A DNA stretch of 63,483 nt, filler included, from Octopus bimaculoides (lineage: Eukaryota), in the NCBI RefSeq assembly GCF_001194135.2. It is 8 parts of 7 records of this genome, joined end to end, with 100 filler letters (N's around TTAATTAATTAA, not from the genome) between each part and the next. Parts side by side here need not be neighbours in the genome. Positions count along the whole stretch, not along the records: positions 5,408 to 26,415 come from NC_069006.1; positions 26,516 to 35,175 come from NC_068992.1; positions 35,276 to 50,706 come from NC_068984.1; 5 more parts are not named here. One strand, written 5' to 3'. Position numbers and translations under genes: made by a program. Shown piece by piece: positions 23,356-35,683 of the stretch (position 1 is the first letter of the stretch; every line of letters starts with the position of its first letter). The notes under the pieces are model-generated. The model searched no databases. It worked only from the letters and a program-made list of their open reading frames with translations, and was not told the origin of the DNA.

Positions 23356-24335
23356 TAATAATAAGAAGAAGAAGAAAGTGTGGATCGAATAAACAGTGTC
23401 TATTGGCAAAATGACCTTTCCAAAATATAACAATATATGCTTCAAATCTTGATTTCACATCAAGAATCTTGCAAAACAAATACATATATTAAATATACAT
23501 GTGTGTGTGTGTGTGTGCAAAATTATATCGTGAATATACAAATATGGCAAATTTAACTCTTTTTTCGCATAGTGAAAAAACAAAATTATGCCCTGCCTTA
23601 ATTGTTTTACAAAACTATATTGGGTATTTGCTCAGCAGCGTTTACACCTCTTGACCAATCCCAGAGGGAGGGGCACCCAATCTGTTTATATACTCAACAA
23701 ATCCGGCAGTTATAGAGAAGTGGCGCAGTTAATTTGCGTAATACACGTGATAAACTCTTCATTTAATATCAGCGGCCATATTTGTGAATTTAAATTTTGT
23801 GTTATTTTGCCTACAAAATTATATCTTGTTTCAGATTTTTTCATGTAATTTTATTTATTTTTTTATTGACTTGAGCCGACAAATATTTATTAAAAAAAAA
23901 CAAAAAAAAAACAGATATTTACGAGAATGAATTATAAAATAATCATGCTTTTATTGTGTGTTTTTTTTTTNNNNNNNNNNNNNNNNNNNNNNNNNNNNNN
24001 NNNNNNNNNNNNNNNNNNNNNNNNNNNNNNNNNNNNNNNNNNNNNNNNNNNNNNNNNNNNNNNNNNNNNNNNNNNNNNNNNNNNNNNNNNNNNNNNNNNN
24101 NNNNNNNNNNNNNNNNNNNNNNNNNNNNNNNNNNNNNNNNNNNNNNNNNNNNNNNNNNNNNNNNNNNNNNNNNNNNNNNNNNNNNNNNNNNNNNNNNNNN
24201 NNNNNNNNNNNNNNNNNNNNNNNNNNNNNNNNNNNNNNNNNNNNNNNNNNNNNNNNNNNNNNNNNNNNNNNNNNNNNNNNNNNNNNNNNNNNNNNNNNNN
24301 NNNNNNNNNNNNNNNNNNNNNNNNNNNNNNNNNNN

Positions 24336-24371
<36 letters not shown>

Positions 24372-24779
24372 ATGTGTGTGTAGTGTTTGTGTGTGTATGT
24401 GTGTTGTGTGTGCGTGTGTGTTGTGTGTGCGTGTGTGTTTGTGTGTTGTGTGTGTGTATGTTTGTGTGTGCGTGTATGTGTTTGTGTGTATGTGTGTGTG
24501 TATGTGTGTGTGTGTATGTGTTTGTGTATCTAGTTTGTGTAGTGTTTGTATGTGTATGTGTGTGTGTATGTGTGTTATATGTGCGTGTGTTTGTGTCTTT
24601 GTGTGTGTGCTGGTGTGTTGTGTGTGTGCATATGGGTGTGTGCGATGTGTGTGCATGTGTGTGTGTGTGCATGTGTGTTTGCATGTGTGTGTCTGTGCAT
24701 GTGTGTTCATGTGCGTGTATGTGCATGTGTGTATGTGTGCGTGTGTGTGTTCATGTGCGTGTATGTGCATGTATGTGCA

Positions 24780-24864
<85 letters not shown>
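24336..24864. repeat. Long degenerate (GT)n compound satellite
   Basis: Direct; source of the C/V-rich and H/T-rich ORFs. Confidence 0.95.
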
Positions 24865-24866
<2 letters not shown>

Positions 24867-25585
24867 TTTATTTGTCATATTCAACAGTCATCAACATTAA
24901 AACGTGCATTNNNNNNNNNNNNNNNNNNNNNNNNNNNNNNNNNNNNNNNNNNNNNNNNNNNNNNNNNNNNNNNNNNNNNNNNNNNNNNNNNNNNNNNNNN
25001 NNNNNNNNNNNNNNNNNNNNNNNNNNNNNNNNNNNNNNNNNNNNNNNNNNNNNNNNNNNNNNNNNNNNNNNNNNNNNNNNNNNNNNNNNNNNNNNNNNNN
25101 NNNNNNNNNNNNNNNNNNNNNNNNNNNNNNNNNNNNNNNNNNNNNNNNNNNNNNNNNNNNNNNNNNNNNNNNNNNNNNNNNNNNNNNNNNNNNNNNNNNN
25201 NNNNNNNNNNNNNNNNNNNNNNNNNNNNNNNNNNNNNNNNNNNNNNNNNNNNNNNNNNNNNNNNNNNNNNNNNNNNNNNNNNNNNNNNNNNNNNNNNNNN
25301 NNNNNNNNNNNNNNNNNNNNNNNNNNNNNNNNNNNNNNNNNNNNNNNNNNNNNNNNNNNNNNNNNNNNNNNNNNNNNNNNNNNNNNNNNNNNNNNNNNNN
25401 NNNNNNNNNNNNNNNNNNNNNNNNNNNNNNNNNNNNNNNNNNNNNNNNNNNNNNNNNNNNNNNNNNNNNNNNNNNNNNNNNNNNNNNNNNNNNNNNNNNN
25501 NNNNNNNNNNNNNNNNNNNNNNNNNNNNNNNNNNNNNNNNNNNNNNNNNNNNNNNNNNNNNNNNGAGGGCCCCCAAAACAATAAA

Positions 25586-25958
25586 AACAAGATCACTCAG
25601 AAAACGCAAACCTCCGCCAAGGCAACACCAATGTCTTTTCAAAACGATTGGCCAGAGATGATTTTTAAAATGAGAATATCTGAAATAAACTCGACTGCTC
25701 TCACAAGCGAGAATTCTAAAAATGAACCTGACCGCTCTCAAAAATTAAGTAAAAAACAGGAAAAATAATCCAGAATCCTTGTCCGGGACCAGATCGATCC
25801 CAAAATCTAATTAGTCTGTGCCAGTCACGTGGTCAAACATCCCTGAAAGTTTCATCCGAATCCATCCAGCAGTTCTTGAGTTATCTTGTCCACGGACAAA
25901 CAAACAAAGAAACACGACTGAAAACAACACCTCCGCCCTAGCGAAGGCGGAGGTAATA
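25586..25958 (-). mobile_element. Non-autonomous Helentron/DINE-1-like (HINE-type) element
   Basis: Perfect 9-bp stem acctccgcc(25929-37)/ggcggaggt(25946-54) next to TTATT at one end. A third acctccgcc at 25610-18 acts as a subterminal inverted repeat. There is also a (gttt) tract and the end ggcggaggtttgcgttttctgagtgatcttgtt. Confidence 0.7.
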
Positions 25959-26528
25959 AAATAGAATTGTTAGAGTGTAGGACAAAACGCCTTGCGTTAT
26001 TTATTCCGGCTCTTTTTGTTTGTGTTCAAATCCCGCCGACGTTAACTATGCCTTTCTTCCGTCCAGGGTTGAAAAAATAAAGTACTAAGCCAAATATTGA
26101 GATTGATGTTTTCAACTGCCTTCCCTCGCTCGAATATCAGGCCTTGAATGCCTTACTGTAATGTAATTGTCTTCATGTAGGGTGGGCGATTATCAGAATC
26201 GGTAGATCATCAGTCAGAAAACCTTGCGATATTTTGTCATGTTCTGAGTTACAATTTCGCAACGCCATCTCTGCCTTTCATTTCTTCATTGTTTTTGCAT
26301 TCGATATTACATCGTTACTAAAATACCGGAAAAAATTCTGCAGAAAATAATTCTCTGCAGTGAATTTTGCTGGTGGTCTTCTTCTAACATAATAGATGTC
26401 CACTTAGTGGTCACCNNNNNNNNNNNNNNNNNNNNNNNNNNNNNNNNNNNNNNNNNNNNTTAATTAATTAANNNNNNNNNNNNNNNNNNNNNNNNNNNNN
26501 NNNNNNNNNNNNNNNCCGCAAGCCGGCT

Positions 26529-26712
26529 CAGGGGCACCGGCAACGATCTCGCTCGAAAGATTTCATGTGTCGCCCGCACATGAGCCAGTCCAGGGGCACT
26601 GGCAACGATCTCGCTCGAAAGATTTCATGTGTCGCCCGCACATGAGCCAGTCCAGGGGCACTGGCAACGATCCCGCTCGAAAGATTTCATGTGTCGCCCG
26701 TACATGAGCCAA
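26529..26712. repeat. Three tandem 62-bp GC-rich units
   Basis: Unit caggggcactggcaacgatctcgctcgaaagatttcatgtgtcgcccgcacatgagccagtc starts at 26529, 26591 and 26653. Confidence 0.95.
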
Positions 26713-26714
26713 TC

Positions 26715-26925
26715 TGTGTTTGTCTCCCAACATTGCTTGACAACCAGTGTTGGCATGCTTATGTCCCCAGTAACTTAGTGGTTCAACAAAACAGACTTAT
26801 AGAATAAGTACCAAGCTTTAAAAAAAAATATGTACTGGTGTCCATTTTTGTTCATCTAAAATTCTTCAAGGTGGTGCCCCAGCATGGCCACAGTCTAACG
26901 AATGAAACAGGTAAAAGATAAAAGT
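26715..26925 (+). mobile_element. SINE family A, 3' half
   Basis: tctgtgtttgtctccc...ggtgccccagcatggccacagtctaacgaatgaaacaggtaaaag. Confidence 0.8.
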
Positions 26926-27429
26926 TAGAAATAAGTAAGTTTTAACATCAGCAATCTTCCATAAAGATTTACTTTACAACCTTCAATAAAGTTACGACCT
27001 TATGGTATATCTCATTTGCCTGTAGCAAAGTATATTATCTATTTTTGCCGTATACTTGTACTCTTATGTATGTGCTTTTATTTAGTTACAATGTACTTAG
27101 TTTAAATTTAAAGAGTATATTTGTTTATTGTATGCAGCTTGTACATCTTGTCTTATTTAACTTAAATTAGTGTGAATATTTAATGCGATATAACATATAG
27201 TAATTTCATATAACATATAGTAACATTTGATAAATTAATCTCATTTATAGATGCTTTATGATATAAAACTTATCTGTAATGTCTGGTACTGTAATGCAAT
27301 CTAATGTAATGTACAGTATAGTTGTGAAGTGTTCTATAGTGATGTATAATGTAATATAGTGCAGTGTACTATTGTGTTGTATAAAGCAATAAAATGTAAT
27401 GTAGGTAAATGTACTCTAGTATAGTACAG

Positions 27430-27730
27430 TTGTGAAAGTGCATGGTTGTGAGTTTGATTCTTAGACGGGTTTGTGTTTCATGTTCTTGAGCAAAACACTT
27501 TATTTTTCATGTTGCTCCAGTTAACTTAGCTGTGGAAATGACTTGCAACACCACTAGTCTGAAAATGTATCGGCCTTTGCTTTTCCCTTGGACAACACTG
27601 GTAGCATGAAGACGAGAGGTTAGTATGCATGGGTGACATCTGGTCTTCCATAAATAAATAGCCTTTCCCAGACTTGTCCATTGGAGGGGCACTCTCTAGG
27701 CACAATCTCATGACCGAAGGTGGTGGTGAG
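27430..27730 (+). mobile_element. SINE family C
   Basis: Homologous to 16150-16495. Confidence 0.75.
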
Positions 27731-28161
27731 GGTCTTTACTTTTTCTTTCATAGTGCAGTGTTCGTGAAGTATGAAGCAATATAGTGTAGAATATTCTAGT
27801 GTAATATATTGTTATGTATGTGTGGCTTTGAGTTGTATAGTGAGTGTAATATGCGATGTATTGTTGTGTAAAGCAGTGTAGACTTCTGTAGTGTACTTTA
27901 GTGTAATATAGTGTACTGTAATGCAGTGTATAAGTTATTTTTGTATTGTAATCATATTTGATAATTCGATGCTTTTAAACAACTTGATTGATAACTTCAT
28001 ATCCAATTAGAAATATTGAACAATTGCGTTAACAACACCCTCGTAGCATAGAACAGGCTGATGAGGGAGAATATATATCTGTGGTAAATACAGTCTTGGC
28101 TGTGGGCCAAATATTTGGACACTTTGCCAATAAGTTGGTTATATAAAGCTGAAGATATATA

Positions 28162-28205
<44 letters not shown>

Positions 28206-28220
28206 TAAACACACACATAT

Positions 28221-28236
28221 ACATATCAATATATTG

Positions 28237-28283
<47 letters not shown>
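28221..28283. repeat. (AAT)n microsatellite
   Basis: Direct run. Confidence 0.95.
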
Positions 28284-28304
<21 letters not shown>

Positions 28305-28739
28305 GTTTCTGCTGTATTAACCACAAGGGCTTAAAGAGATAGAGAAAAGACAAAGAAGAGTTAAATAGGGTCATACAAAGGTATATGGGGTGGGACAGAC
28401 GTGTTATTCAGAAATGAGGGGTGAGGTGATAGACAATATCCAATATATAATGGGACAAAAGAAAAACAAATATTTATATGGAATAAATAAAAAAGGACAA
28501 TCATAATGAAATGTAATAATTAAAACAAGACATCTATGTAAAATTTAAACGTTCACTTGCATTGATGAGAGTAACCCTCCTCCTGACTAAGTATTCCTTC
28601 AATTTTTTCTTGTATTGTTCTTAGATGGATATTTCAGAATCTTCCATACGGAGCTGATAGACAGGTAAGGGTGTATATCTTCTGGATCATTTACTTTGCA
28701 ATGTCTATCCTAAATTTGTTCTATTGTTCCACTAAATGT

Positions 28740-29228
28740 CATTTTTATGCTATTTAAAGCACAATCTCACGCTCTGCCCAGCCTGTAAATTATCTGGAAA
28801 ATTCCTTGGGTATAAGAGCTGTAATTGGTCAATAGAGACAGGCCACTTCTCTAGCAAGATAATGTTCGACCAGATGTTGCACAAAGAACGCTACTCAAGT
28901 CACAAGAACCTAACTTAGAAGTACTCTGTCATCTGCCTTATTCACCAGATCTTGCACCAACTGACTATCATATCTTCCAGGCATTAGACAAGTTTATGCA
29001 AGATAAAAACTTCAAATCTAAAGAAGATGCAAAAACAGTCTTTCATAATTTCATTACTTCTTGCCCTCCAGAATTCTTCACTGCCATCATAAATAAGCTA
29101 ACAATAAAATGGCGAAATTGTGTTGATAATTTAGATGCCTACTTTGATTAAATGCATTGCTTTTTGTTGAGATAAATTAAAATAAACTTTCAGTTCAAAA
29201 TTGGACATTTCATTCTTAATGATTAAAT
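28740..29228 (+). pseudogene. mariner DD34D transposase C-terminus with probable right TIR
   Basis: 28825-29151: LVNRDRPLL*QDNVRPDVAQ...LPYSPDLAPTDYHIF...KWRNCVDNLDAYFD*; 34 residues separate the last two Asp. Confidence 0.88.
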
Positions 29229-31256
29229 AGTTTTGTCTATGCCTCTGCATTCACAGTATCACCACAAATCATCCTCTCTACACCCATCTCTCCATCATTT
29301 TCTAACTGCAGCACTGTCTTAGCTGTTGTAATTAAATAACAGAGATGCACATATTTCAACCCCTATCTTTCCTATGCTACCAGTTTTCTCTTTCCTTTGA
29401 ACCACTTCCCATTTCACTTCTAATCCCCAATATTATCCCATACCATTAGTAAACACCATCTCAAATTGACCATCGAGCCTCCACTACATTTCCATGTCCC
29501 CTTTTGCCCATCACTCTCTATATTCTATCCTATATACTGCGGATCTCATCCCTTGTCACTGAGCACTCTTCTTTCTACCACACTTCACATCATCTCATTT
29601 CTTGTCTCTACAATTTTATTATAATGCTACTCTCAAATGTCCATTTTTCTACTGCCATTTACCCTTGACTCACTCCTATTTCCTTCACCTTCTCACCAAA
29701 AGAAACTGATGTTCACCATCAATCATGTCCCCACTCACCCACTGTGTTTGTCACTCACAGCATTAGCTGTATGCCAATCTCTAACCATCAACTGCTCACC
29801 TCACACTCTCCTGAACTTACTGGCTCCACTGTCCCCGTTCTCCTCACTTGTTCTTCTCTCTGTCCCTTAAAATTCCCCCTGTTGTAACTTGATGGTACAT
29901 CCTAGTACCTTATTACCATCATTTTTTTTCCAGCTGGGATAGCTATGCATCTTGGCTACATCTAGACACCTGTACCAATCCTATAATACTCTTGCCTCTA
30001 AACACCAAGCATAAAGCTACCTGCCTTAATGCTACATCTCCTTCCAGTTGAAAGGTCTTGTATTGCAAGACATCATGACCTTACTAGTATTAGTGACAGG
30101 CAAAAGCATCCAGTTACACTCTTTACAGCATTATGAAGGTCATCCAGCTGCAGAAACTTAGCCAAAACAGACATTAGGGTTAGCTGTAGTCTTCTGATCT
30201 ATCTGATCCAGACAAGCTGTCCAAACTGTGCTAGCATAGACTTCAGGTGTTGAATGATGATAACAATATATGACTAAATATATACATGAATACATACATA
30301 TGTACATGTTTACATATATGTTTTGTAATATATAATTAATCAAATGAACTTCTGAATATAACCGGAGCCTGTTTTAACAACTCTAAAGATATGATGAACG
30401 AAGTAGCACTAGTGGAATATGAACTGAGAATGTAAAATACATAAATAAACAGCAGGAAATATTTTATCACTATGCTCTATTCCTCTGTCACTCTACCACA
30501 CTATATATAGGAAACCATATTGTCAATACAATTTATTCCTAATTTAATACCATTTCCAGAATCAAGGATTTCTTGATTTCTTCAATCGTTGACCATTTAC
30601 TTAAATGTGCTTCAATATAATTCCTCTAATAAATATCATTTATGAACTTTTGGCAAAGTTACAGAGACTTCTCTTCAGAATGGCCATGCCTGAATGTTAA
30701 TTCTATGTATTTACCATATTCACATAATTTACAGCCAATATATACAGAAATAGAAATATACATACGTTTGCCTGTATACAGAAATTTATAGGTAATCTCA
30801 TATGTGTGGCTAGGAATGTGCATCTTCACTATGACATATATGTGTGAGGGAGATTTAATGTGTGTGTATGTGTGTATAGATATGAACGCACATTCGTACA
30901 AAAAAAATATACGTGTTAATATATGTGTGAGCAGGTACACACACGCACAGATACATACGTGTGTGTTCTTGTGAGTGAGTATATATCTATACACATGTTC
31001 ACTCACATTCTTCTCTCCCTCGTGCACATAGGTGTGTATGTTGGTTGACAAAATAAGTAGCAGTTGAGTTCTGGGATTGATGTAACTGACTTACCCCTAC
31101 CCCTAAATTGTTGGCCTTGTGCCAAAATTTGAAATCGTTGCTGTTGTTGTTTAAAACAGTTTAATTCAGCCCTGTGTGAATCAAACTGATTTAAGAATTT
31201 CATGTAACTTCTACTGAATGATTTAAATACCTCTTTCTTTTGCTTATCCGCTCACC

Positions 31257-31303
<47 letters not shown>

Positions 31304-31935
31304 AATAATAAATGAGTATATGCATATATACGTACAGGTGTGTGCATACCTACGTCTACCTGTGCATATCTGGGTACAGGACATTGCACACAAAACGTAG
31401 ACAAGAAAATAATAATAACCAGAGTACAGAAAACACACAAGCCACATAGAGAATATTTTCCTTCATCAGCTACCCCTGTTTTATCACAGGTGTTTCAAAA
31501 CGGCTCTTCCAATGGACTACAAATTAAACTTGTATACACAAATTAAACCTGTGCCATGGAGGAATGTAGTGGCGGACAAAAAACAAGATAGGAAAACAAA
31601 CGGAAAAGAAAACAAGACAGGAAAACAAATGGAAAAGGCTATGCGGCCAGACGTGAAAAATTATGTGTATATGAATGCTGTGAGGCACGAACTGAAAGTG
31701 GGGACGAAGTAAGTTCACGTGTTTGCTCGGCGATAGCCAAGGAAGAAAAGGATTAGTGACCAGGCAGGGGTAAGGGAGAGAGAGAGAGAGAGTGGTAGAG
31801 GGAGAAACTAAGGGAGGAAGTAGAAGAATAGGTGAGCAACGAGAGAGTGGGAAAAAGTGATAGAGAAAGAGATAGAGTCGCATCAGAAGATATAAAGTTT
31901 AAATATATATATATAAAATATTTTTTTCAGGATGA

Positions 31936-32011
31936 GATAAAAAAACCAAGGCTGTGAAGATTTAAAAACTTTATAAATGTTCTAAAATCTTCAAAGGCTT
32001 GGTTTTTTATC
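31936..32011. repeat. 76-bp quasi-palindrome
   Basis: gataaaaaaaccaaggctgtgaagatttaaaaac / gttctaaaatcttcaaaggcttggttttttatc around a central tttataaa. Confidence 0.8.
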
Positions 32012-35000
32012 CAGAAGTGGGGGAGAAGGTAATCATAACTTTTTAAAAATTTCTTTTTATAAAAGGCCTCCACATCATTTGCAAGGGTATGATGAAAACT
32101 ATTTTGGGGCCCTGTGAAAATTCAAGGATATTGGACTTTTACTTTAAGGTGAGAACATAGCAGATAATTATAGACACTTCCTGAGCCCTAGAGTCCTCCT
32201 TGTACCAACTATACCTAAACCTATCTTGTTGACCCAGACGAAAGATGATGTTTAGACCAAAGCAGCTTTAGAATTATCAGTGAATTTTTATATTACTATT
32301 TAGGAAAAAAATTAGTTTTTATGATATGTGGTTCAGGTGTATAACAGAACTGGATATTACTGATTCAGTTTTCTAGTCACGGAACTACACATGAAATTCT
32401 TAACAGGCTGTGTGCAAAATGACACCTTATCAACAATTACAGTGTAGAATTTTAGCGTGCAAATATGTGTTTACCAATATTCAGTTTTCAGACCTTTGTT
32501 GCTTAATAGAATTTTATGACTGGACGTTTTTGGGAACTCCAGTTGTATAGACTTAATCTTTCTAACTGATTCTGTGAAAGAATAACAAATTCCAAACATA
32601 AGCACAAAGCTTAAAATTAGCAAAATTACAGAGAAAACCGAGAAAAGATAAAAGTTTTAGTTAGCAAGAAAGAAAACAAAACATTACTGTTTTCCAGGAG
32701 CTGGCCATGCTCAATGTGTGTGTGTGTGTGTGTGTGCTATTAAAGGCTTTCCTTTTAAACTAAATACTGTCTAAAATAGGACTTGCTTCAATTTTCTTTA
32801 CTCTTTTTCTTTTTTTTTTTATTAATCACTGATATTTACCTTCGCTTATTCATATTTGCATATCTTTTCAGTCTTATCTTCTGAAAGAGCTGGTTAATTG
32901 GGGTATAATCATTTTATAGTAGGCAAGAACTATGGGATCAATATACTATCTGCCTCTGATATCTTTTTATCACCAGATTTGAAATTTGGAACAATTAACA
33001 AATGATAAAGGTTTGATAAGGAGTTATGGCAAAAAGCCTTAACAAAATACACAAAAGCTCAAGTAAAAATTATGTTGTCCTTTAGCACAGACATAAATAT
33101 ATATACATATGCATATATACATAAATACATCCACAGCCATACACACACATGCTTATATGTTCCCACACACAGACATATATATACACACACACATATATGC
33201 ACACACCCACACACACATATATGCACACACCCACACACACATATATGTGCACCCCCATGCATTTATGCACACACATACACATTTGTGTGACTATGGAAGT
33301 GTAATTATGTGTGTATCTGTGTGTACCTATGTATTTTTTTGTATAAGATATACTATTTGTTTTAATGTCAGATTGTCTAGTAATTATATTATAATTATAC
33401 AGAATTCTTATATGAGTGACATCTCTTTAGAAACATATAAAGAAGAGTAACAATAGATAGAATCTAAATATAAAGTTTTGAGATTAAAAATAGAAGCAGT
33501 AACACAATTTGATTGCACTTTATTTAAAAGGATTGGATGAAATTAACAAAAGTTCATCGTACTTGGTGACAGAATGGTGACTAAGCAGGTTTATTTTGGA
33601 TCAGTAAGATCAATTGCAGAATCAACATATTGTGTATGTGTGTGTGAGTGTGTAATAAAAAACAGAAAGCATAAATTGAACAGTTAATTTAAATCATGAT
33701 CTATCTGTGTACTTTAAGCTTTTCTGCTTTTTATTCTGAACAAATTTTGCTTTGCATAAAGAAGAGCCAATCTCTCAATGTGGAGGAACCTGTGCAAGAG
33801 ATAGACCCATGAAGATGTGGAATGGAGAGGTGTATGGTTCTGTTGGGTTGCAGTTATAGAAAGAAAGGTTCAGCCAGGATATTGATTCTTGGTCAGGCCA
33901 TGGTCTCCAATAATCTTGGTCAAACTTCTATTAAATCTTGCTAACTTTATTTTTGTTTTATTCCACATTAAACTAATTCTACATATGAAATATAAAAGGA
34001 GACCAAAATTCATGATACCATCTTCAAATTTCTCTAGGAGATAATCAAAAACAACAGAAGAAATATAGAACTCATTGTTCATATTTCAGACTGTCACCAA
34101 AATATATATTAGCATTCCATTTTCAATTTCACAAAAGTTTCAATCTCCGAAAAGATTATTTTGTGACTTTTCACCCAAAAAGTTCAACTTGTGACCCAAA
34201 CAGGTCATCTAATGTCAACTGATTTAATTAACAATTGGGCTTTTTGCTTGAAATGAAAATCATGACGAAGCACTGATTTTCACCAATTACCATTATAATT
34301 AGTTATTCTAAATGGTTTCTAATGTTTCATTTCATGTCTTTGGAGTGTATGAAGATTATGGATGGGATACTATTAATAGCTTCTTCTGAATTATTTATCG
34401 TCACTTATATTGATTGTTTGAATAATTAATGAGCTGATGTCTATTATGATGAGAGAGAGATGTCAAATCCCATTCACCAAGCTACTTCTCACTCAAAACA
34501 AACAAATGCTATCAACATTTCATTATTGTCTTCAAATTCTATTTTGTTATACAAAAATTATTTTTGGATTATCTATTTTTTTCCTTTTATTTCATTTATA
34601 AATTATCCCATGATAGATTACAACTTTAAATTAAATTTCATTAGATTAGTCTGAGATAGAGTATGGTTACAATATTATTAGAATTCACGAGTATGTGAGC
34701 TGTCATGAAGGGTTTAATCAATGAAAAGTGCAGGGGAGTGAGATTATTTGTAGGAAGGTTAAAGTTCAGTCTCCAGTACAACATGGTATATGGCAATCAG
34801 GCAATATACTTCTCCCAGATTCAGTTCACCATATAGTTCACTCTCACTCTGTATATATATATATGCGTGTGTTTCTTTTTGCTTGTCTGCCTGTCGTCCC
34901 CTCTCTCTCTTGCTCTTTATCTCTCTATATGTATATATATATATAATAGAGTTATTAATATTTCTAAGTCTCTCTAAAGGAGACTACGGCAGCGGTACTG

Positions 35001-35275
35001 GAAATTAATAGTTATTGCCAAGCCAACATGGCAGTCCCAAAATTAGGACGAAAGCTGCCGTGAATTAGCTCCAAGAAGCCATCGCCTCTAGCTAGCTATG
35101 TGACACACGAAACCTGTGTCCTTTATAACCTTCATATATGTATATATATGTATGTATATATATATATATATATATNNNNNNNNNNNNNNNNNNNNNNNNN
35201 NNNNNNNNNNNNNNNNNNNTTAATTAATTAANNNNNNNNNNNNNNNNNNNNNNNNNNNNNNNNNNNNNNNNNNNN

Positions 35276-35335
<60 letters not shown>

Positions 35336-35683
35336 TTGAAAGAGAAGAAGAGAGGAAAGTCACAAAAAGAAATTGGAGGGAAATATCCAGAAGTTCAAGT
35401 TAAGTTTTGAGATATGAAATGACAAATGACGTCAAACGAAAGAAAAAATATCAAAAGTAAAAAAAAAACATAAAAATAAATGTATAATATATAAAAGGCT
35501 GGCGATACGCGACGCAAGACACAAGACAAAGCGACATCTCTCTCATATTTGGTAATAAAATAAGAGAAGAGAAGAAAAGCTCTTAGAAAATAAAAGTAAA
35601 CATCAAACACCAAAGATTGACAGAAAAATACAAAATCGAAACACAATGAGCACAAAAAACACACCCGTACAATCAGGTATATA

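Noticed and set aside
23927-25768. Longest listed ORFs (613 aa and others) and all X-rich ORFs
   Set aside because: They stay open only through N gaps and dinucleotide repeats.
26529-26712. CRISPR-like array
   Set aside because: Units are contiguous with no unique spacers, and the context is eukaryotic with no cas genes.
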